From an uncultured Actinomycetes bacterium (GTDB lineage Bacteria; Actinomycetota; Thermoleophilia; Gaiellales; Gaiellaceae): a DNA stretch of 40,000 nt. The position numbers and the translations under genes are program-made. The notes under the pieces are model-generated. The model did no database searches and was not told the DNA's origin. It worked only from the letters and a program-made list of their open reading frames with translations. Position 1 is the stretch's first letter. Each line of letters starts with the position of its first letter. Shown in pieces: positions 37,443 through 40,000 of this stretch. The DNA lies in assembly GCA_963765455.1 (NCBI GenBank), contig CAVXWH010000002.1:430893-470892 (forward strand), written 5' to 3'.

Positions 37443-37511
37443 CTTCTCACTTGCTCGGAGCGCTGCTGAGTGTGCTTCGCCGGAAGGGACGCTGCTTTAG
37501 CAGACGAGAGG

Positions 37512-37585
37512 GGTGACCGGTGGGATTCGAACCCACGACCACCGGGACCACAACCCGGGGCTCTACCAACTGAGCTACGGCCACC
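37512..37585 (-). tRNA. tRNA-His (anticodon GTG) with encoded G-1
   Basis: The reverse complement folds as G GTGGCCG TA GCTC AGTTGGTA GAGC C CCGGG TTGTGGT CCCGG TGGTC GTGGG TTCGAAT CCCAC CGGTCAC C. G-1 sits opposite C73, which is the tRNA-His hallmark. Confidence 0.92.
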
Positions 37586-37746
37586 GCGCGCAAAACAGTG
37601 TAGTACGCAACGCTCCACGGGCCGCCGATCGAGTCGAGCGGCGTACTATTCGAGGACGAGTTCGCCGTTCAGCGCGCGGCTCGAGCTCGATCCACAGGCC
37701 GACTCCTGGCGCAGAGGCCGGATTATCGGCGCCAATCCGACCGGTG

Positions 37747-38292
37747 CTAGCGGCGGACGCCGAAGTCGGCCGTCAAGATCGTCGCGGCCTGATCCTCGTA
37801 GGAGCCAGGCGCATCCGATGAGTAAACGGCAGAAAGGCCGATCTCGCGCCATTGCGAGTTGAGGAGGTTGGCGCGATGAGGCGGACTGTTCATCCACATC
37901 TTCACGGCTCTTTGAGCGGTCAGATTGGGTGACGCCCAGACGAGATTCTCCCCGACTGCCCAGTAGCGATGCCCACTGGACGAGTAGTAGAGCTTGATCC
38001 GCTGCCAGAACGCAGCTCCGTTGGCCGATTCGTGGGCGAAGTATCCATCCGTCGCCATCGAGAGCGAATGATTCGTCGCCGCCCTGGTGAGCGCGGAAGA
38101 CAGCGCGAGCGGCCTCAAGCCATGTTGCGCTCGAACACGATTCACTTCGCGCAAGACCTGTGAGCTCAAGGCCGAAACGGTGGCCACTCGGGCGCGAGAC
38201 GAAGCGGAGTTGGCTACCGGTACGGCGAGCAGGCAGAGGAGAACCGCGCCCAGGGCGCAGGCAGCTACTCGTCCCTTTCTCCGGACCACCAT
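37747..38292 (-). CDS. Secreted CAP/SCP/PR-1-like domain protein
   Basis: Signal peptide AACALGAVLLCLLAVPVANSA. CAP-domain pattern VNRVRAQHGLRPL...HSLSMATDGYFAHES...GENLVWA...AVKMWMNSPPHRANLLN..WREIG. Confidence 0.85.
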   Translation of the reverse strand: MVVRRKGRVAACALGAVLLCLLAVPVANSASSRARVATVSALSSQVLREVNRVRAQHGLRPLALSSALTRAATNHSLSMATDGYFAHESANGAAFWQRIKLYYSSSGHRYWAVGENLVWASPNLTAQRAVKMWMNSPPHRANLLNSQWREIGLSAVYSSDAPGSYEDQAATILTADFGVRR

Positions 38293-38541
38293 GAGGGCCA
38301 GATCGGCCCGGCCGCTGTTCTTTCTTATCCTCCAAAGGGAGGAATAGACAGCACAAAAAGGGTATTCCTACGGGGTCGGATCAGCCGCAGATCCACCATC
38401 CGACCCGGGAGTAGGAATGGGAATCGTGATTTCTGCCGGCAGCGTTTGGGCAGCATCGTGGCCGAGCCGGACGAAGCAACAAGCAGAGGCGGCGCCGAGC
38501 AACGGTCACGTTACGCGACGGGCGCTAGGCTACGCGTGCCC

Positions 38542-38612
38542 GCGGGTGTAGCTCAACGGTAGAGCTCCAGCCTTCCAAGCTGGCTATACGGGTTCGATTC
38601 CCGTCACCCGCT
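38542..38612 (+). tRNA. tRNA-Gly (anticodon TCC)
   Basis: Folds as GCGGGTG TA GCTC AACGGTA GAGC T CCAGC CTTCCAA GCTGG CTAT ACGGG TTCGATT CCCGT CACCCGC T. It is 71 nt with no encoded CCA. Confidence 0.92.
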
Positions 38613-38613
38613 T

Positions 38614-38763
38614 CTCGCGCTCTCGGCCGGCGGCCCCTCTGGCCGGGCGCGACCGGCCGCCGGGGCCGCCTGACGCCGCTGAGCGCACGATCCTCTACGA
38701 GGCCGTGGGGTGAACACTGTCCTCTCCGGGCTCGCACGCTCAGCGGTGCCCCGAGAGCGCGAG
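38614..38763 (+). repeat. tRNA-trailing structured element, copy B (150 nt), immediately 3' of tRNA-Gly
   Basis: Closing helix CTCGCGCTCTCGG/CCGAGAGCGCGAG. Nested hairpin GGCGGCCCC..GGCCGG-GCGCGA-CCGGCC..GGGGCCGCC. Long hairpin CGCCGCTGAGCGCAC...GCACGCTCAGCGGTG. The architecture matches copy A, with paired substitutions in the helices. Confidence 0.7.
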
Positions 38764-38887
38764 AGGCTATTCGGTGTAGTGCGAACTTCTTCGGCCTGCG
38801 GATCCGTGCGGCCGGCGCGACCGGCCTCCCGGACAGCTAACCGTGAGAGTGAGAGGCGATTCGGCGTTCTGCGGCCGTCGAGAACTG

Positions 38888-39478
38888 TCAGCCGAAGATC
38901 CGGAAAGGACTGACGACGCCGGCATCGCCCGCTTCTTCCCAGGCAACTTCGCCGCCCGGCTCGACCTCTCCGTGTAGTCGGCTCGCGAGCTTCTCGGCAT
39001 CTTCGTGGCTATCGGTGCCGACGATGAGGTAGCGCCAGCGTCGTACAGGCCGGTAGCCCTCGCCCTCGAGGCGCTCAGCCAGCTCTATCGCCTCGCGATG
39101 GGAGTTGCAGCCGACGCGGACTTCCCACGGCGCCCTGCCGTGCTCGACCTCCTCCTCCTCCCAGGTCTCGTCCTTCGGCTCGTCGTCCCAGCGCTCTTCT
39201 TTCTCGAGCCAGTGCTCGACGGGACTGATCTTGGCCTCGAGAGAGCGATGACGAAGCTCGGCTTCGATCACGGCGTGCGCGTGCTCGGCCTGGATCTTCG
39301 TCGAGGCGTAGACGAAGAGCTCGTTCCCGTCGCGCGAAACGGCCAGGCTGTTTCCGGCGAGCGCCTTCGCCAGCTCTTGCGCTTCGTCGCTCAGGCCGCC
39401 TCGAAGGCGCTCGAGGAAGTCGCCCTGGTCGCCCTCGCGCTGCAGCTCGATGTGAATTCGCCAGTCGTCGCTCGGCAT
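38888..39478 (-). CDS. Hypothetical acidic cytoplasmic protein
   Basis: 196 aa counted from MPSDDWRIHIELQREGD. The track start at 39523 adds a hydrophobic leader and is also possible. Codon usage matches the chromosome. No recognisable motif. Confidence 0.55.
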   Translation of the reverse strand: MPSDDWRIHIELQREGDQGDFLERLRGGLSDEAQELAKALAGNSLAVSRDGNELFVYASTKIQAEHAHAVIEAELRHRSLEAKISPVEHWLEKEERWDDEPKDETWEEEEVEHGRAPWEVRVGCNSHREAIELAERLEGEGYRPVRRWRYLIVGTDSHEDAEKLASRLHGEVEPGGEVAWEEAGDAGVVSPFRIFG

Positions 39479-39744
39479 AGACGGCAGGATAGCCAGAACC
39501 AGTAAACGAGACAGCGTCCCCAACGGGAAGAGACCGCGGCTGAGCGCCGCTCGCGAGGACGTCGAGAGAAGAAGCGACGTCTCTGGAGTCGCGCTCCAGC
39601 GCCGAGACGCCCTCAGGAGATAGGCGACCGAAAGGCTTGAGCGCGACCCCCGCCGTTAATGGGATCGCGTCTGCCCACTTCGAACCTGAGCAGGCCGCCG
39701 GCCGCTTTAGCAGGTCTTTAGGTCATCGTGCTCTGATCCCCGGC

Positions 39745-40000
39745 ATGAGGAGACAGCCTCAGACAAACTGTCTCCGGCGGCTCCGCCAGCTACCTTTGCT
39801 CGCCGGCGTTGTCTTCATCTCGGCGTGTGGCGGCGGCTTGGGCCCTTCGTCCAACGCGACCTCGAGCACCGCCGTCTCCATCAGCGCCGGCGATACGCAC
39901 ACGTGCGTCGCGCTCTCCGGTGGCACGGTCAAGTGCTGGGGCTGGAACGGCGGCGGTGAGCTCGGTGACGGTACGAGAACCAGTAGCTCTATCCCCGTCT
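39745..40000 (+). CDS. RCC1-repeat lipoprotein; N-terminal part only, running off the right edge of the window
   Basis: [31 protein letters not shown] is a lipobox-like signal. [32 protein letters not shown] follows and is a typical RCC1/beta-propeller blade. Confidence 0.75.
   Translation, partial: MRRQPQTNCLRRLRQLPLLAGVVFISACGGGLGPSSNATSSTAVSISAGDTHTCVALSGGTVKCWGWNGGGELGDGTRTSSSIPV

Overview
This is a high-GC bacterial chromosome segment, actinobacteria-like in gene content and order. It splits into three parts.

**1. Housekeeping block (1-9.7 kb).** The minus strand carries mreB, maf, a SAM-methyltransferase, ndk, a zinc-ribbon membrane protein, a 37-aa membrane peptide, folC and valS. 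A plus-strand pair follows: a soluble PRC/MgtE_N/CBS protein and an Nramp transporter.

**2. Inserted element (about 9.83-25.80 kb, ~16 kb).** I interpret this as a casposon-like self-synthesizing transposon.
- It encodes a stand-alone Cas1 homologue. No Cas2, Cas4 or CRISPR array occurs anywhere in the window.
- It encodes a 1030-aa family-B DNA polymerase with all Exo and Pol motifs.
- It also carries an HNH nuclease, HTH proteins and an orphan DNA methyltransferase.
- It is bounded by ~34-bp terminal inverted repeats.
- Those repeats are flanked by a 12-14-bp direct repeat (GATACCGTCTGTTC).
- It sits between the convergent Nramp and GH16 genes.
- Cargo includes an overlapping 195-aa + 940-aa gene pair of unknown function and two secreted proteins. 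Both cargo regions are visibly AT-richer than the flanks.

**3. Second housekeeping block and tRNA island (25.8-40 kb).**
- Genes on the minus strand are GH16, clpX, clpP, tig, a membrane GGDEF/HD-GYP protein and an S8 protease.
- The tRNA-rich, repeat-rich stretch (35-39 kb) holds an Arg-TCG-like tRNA, Leu-TAG, Arg-TCT, His-GTG and Gly-TCC.
- That stretch also contains tRNA fragments and a ~150-nt structured element. The element directly trails two tRNAs and shows compensatory base-pair changes between its two copies.

All calls come from reading the sequence and the ORF translations by eye. No database search was run.
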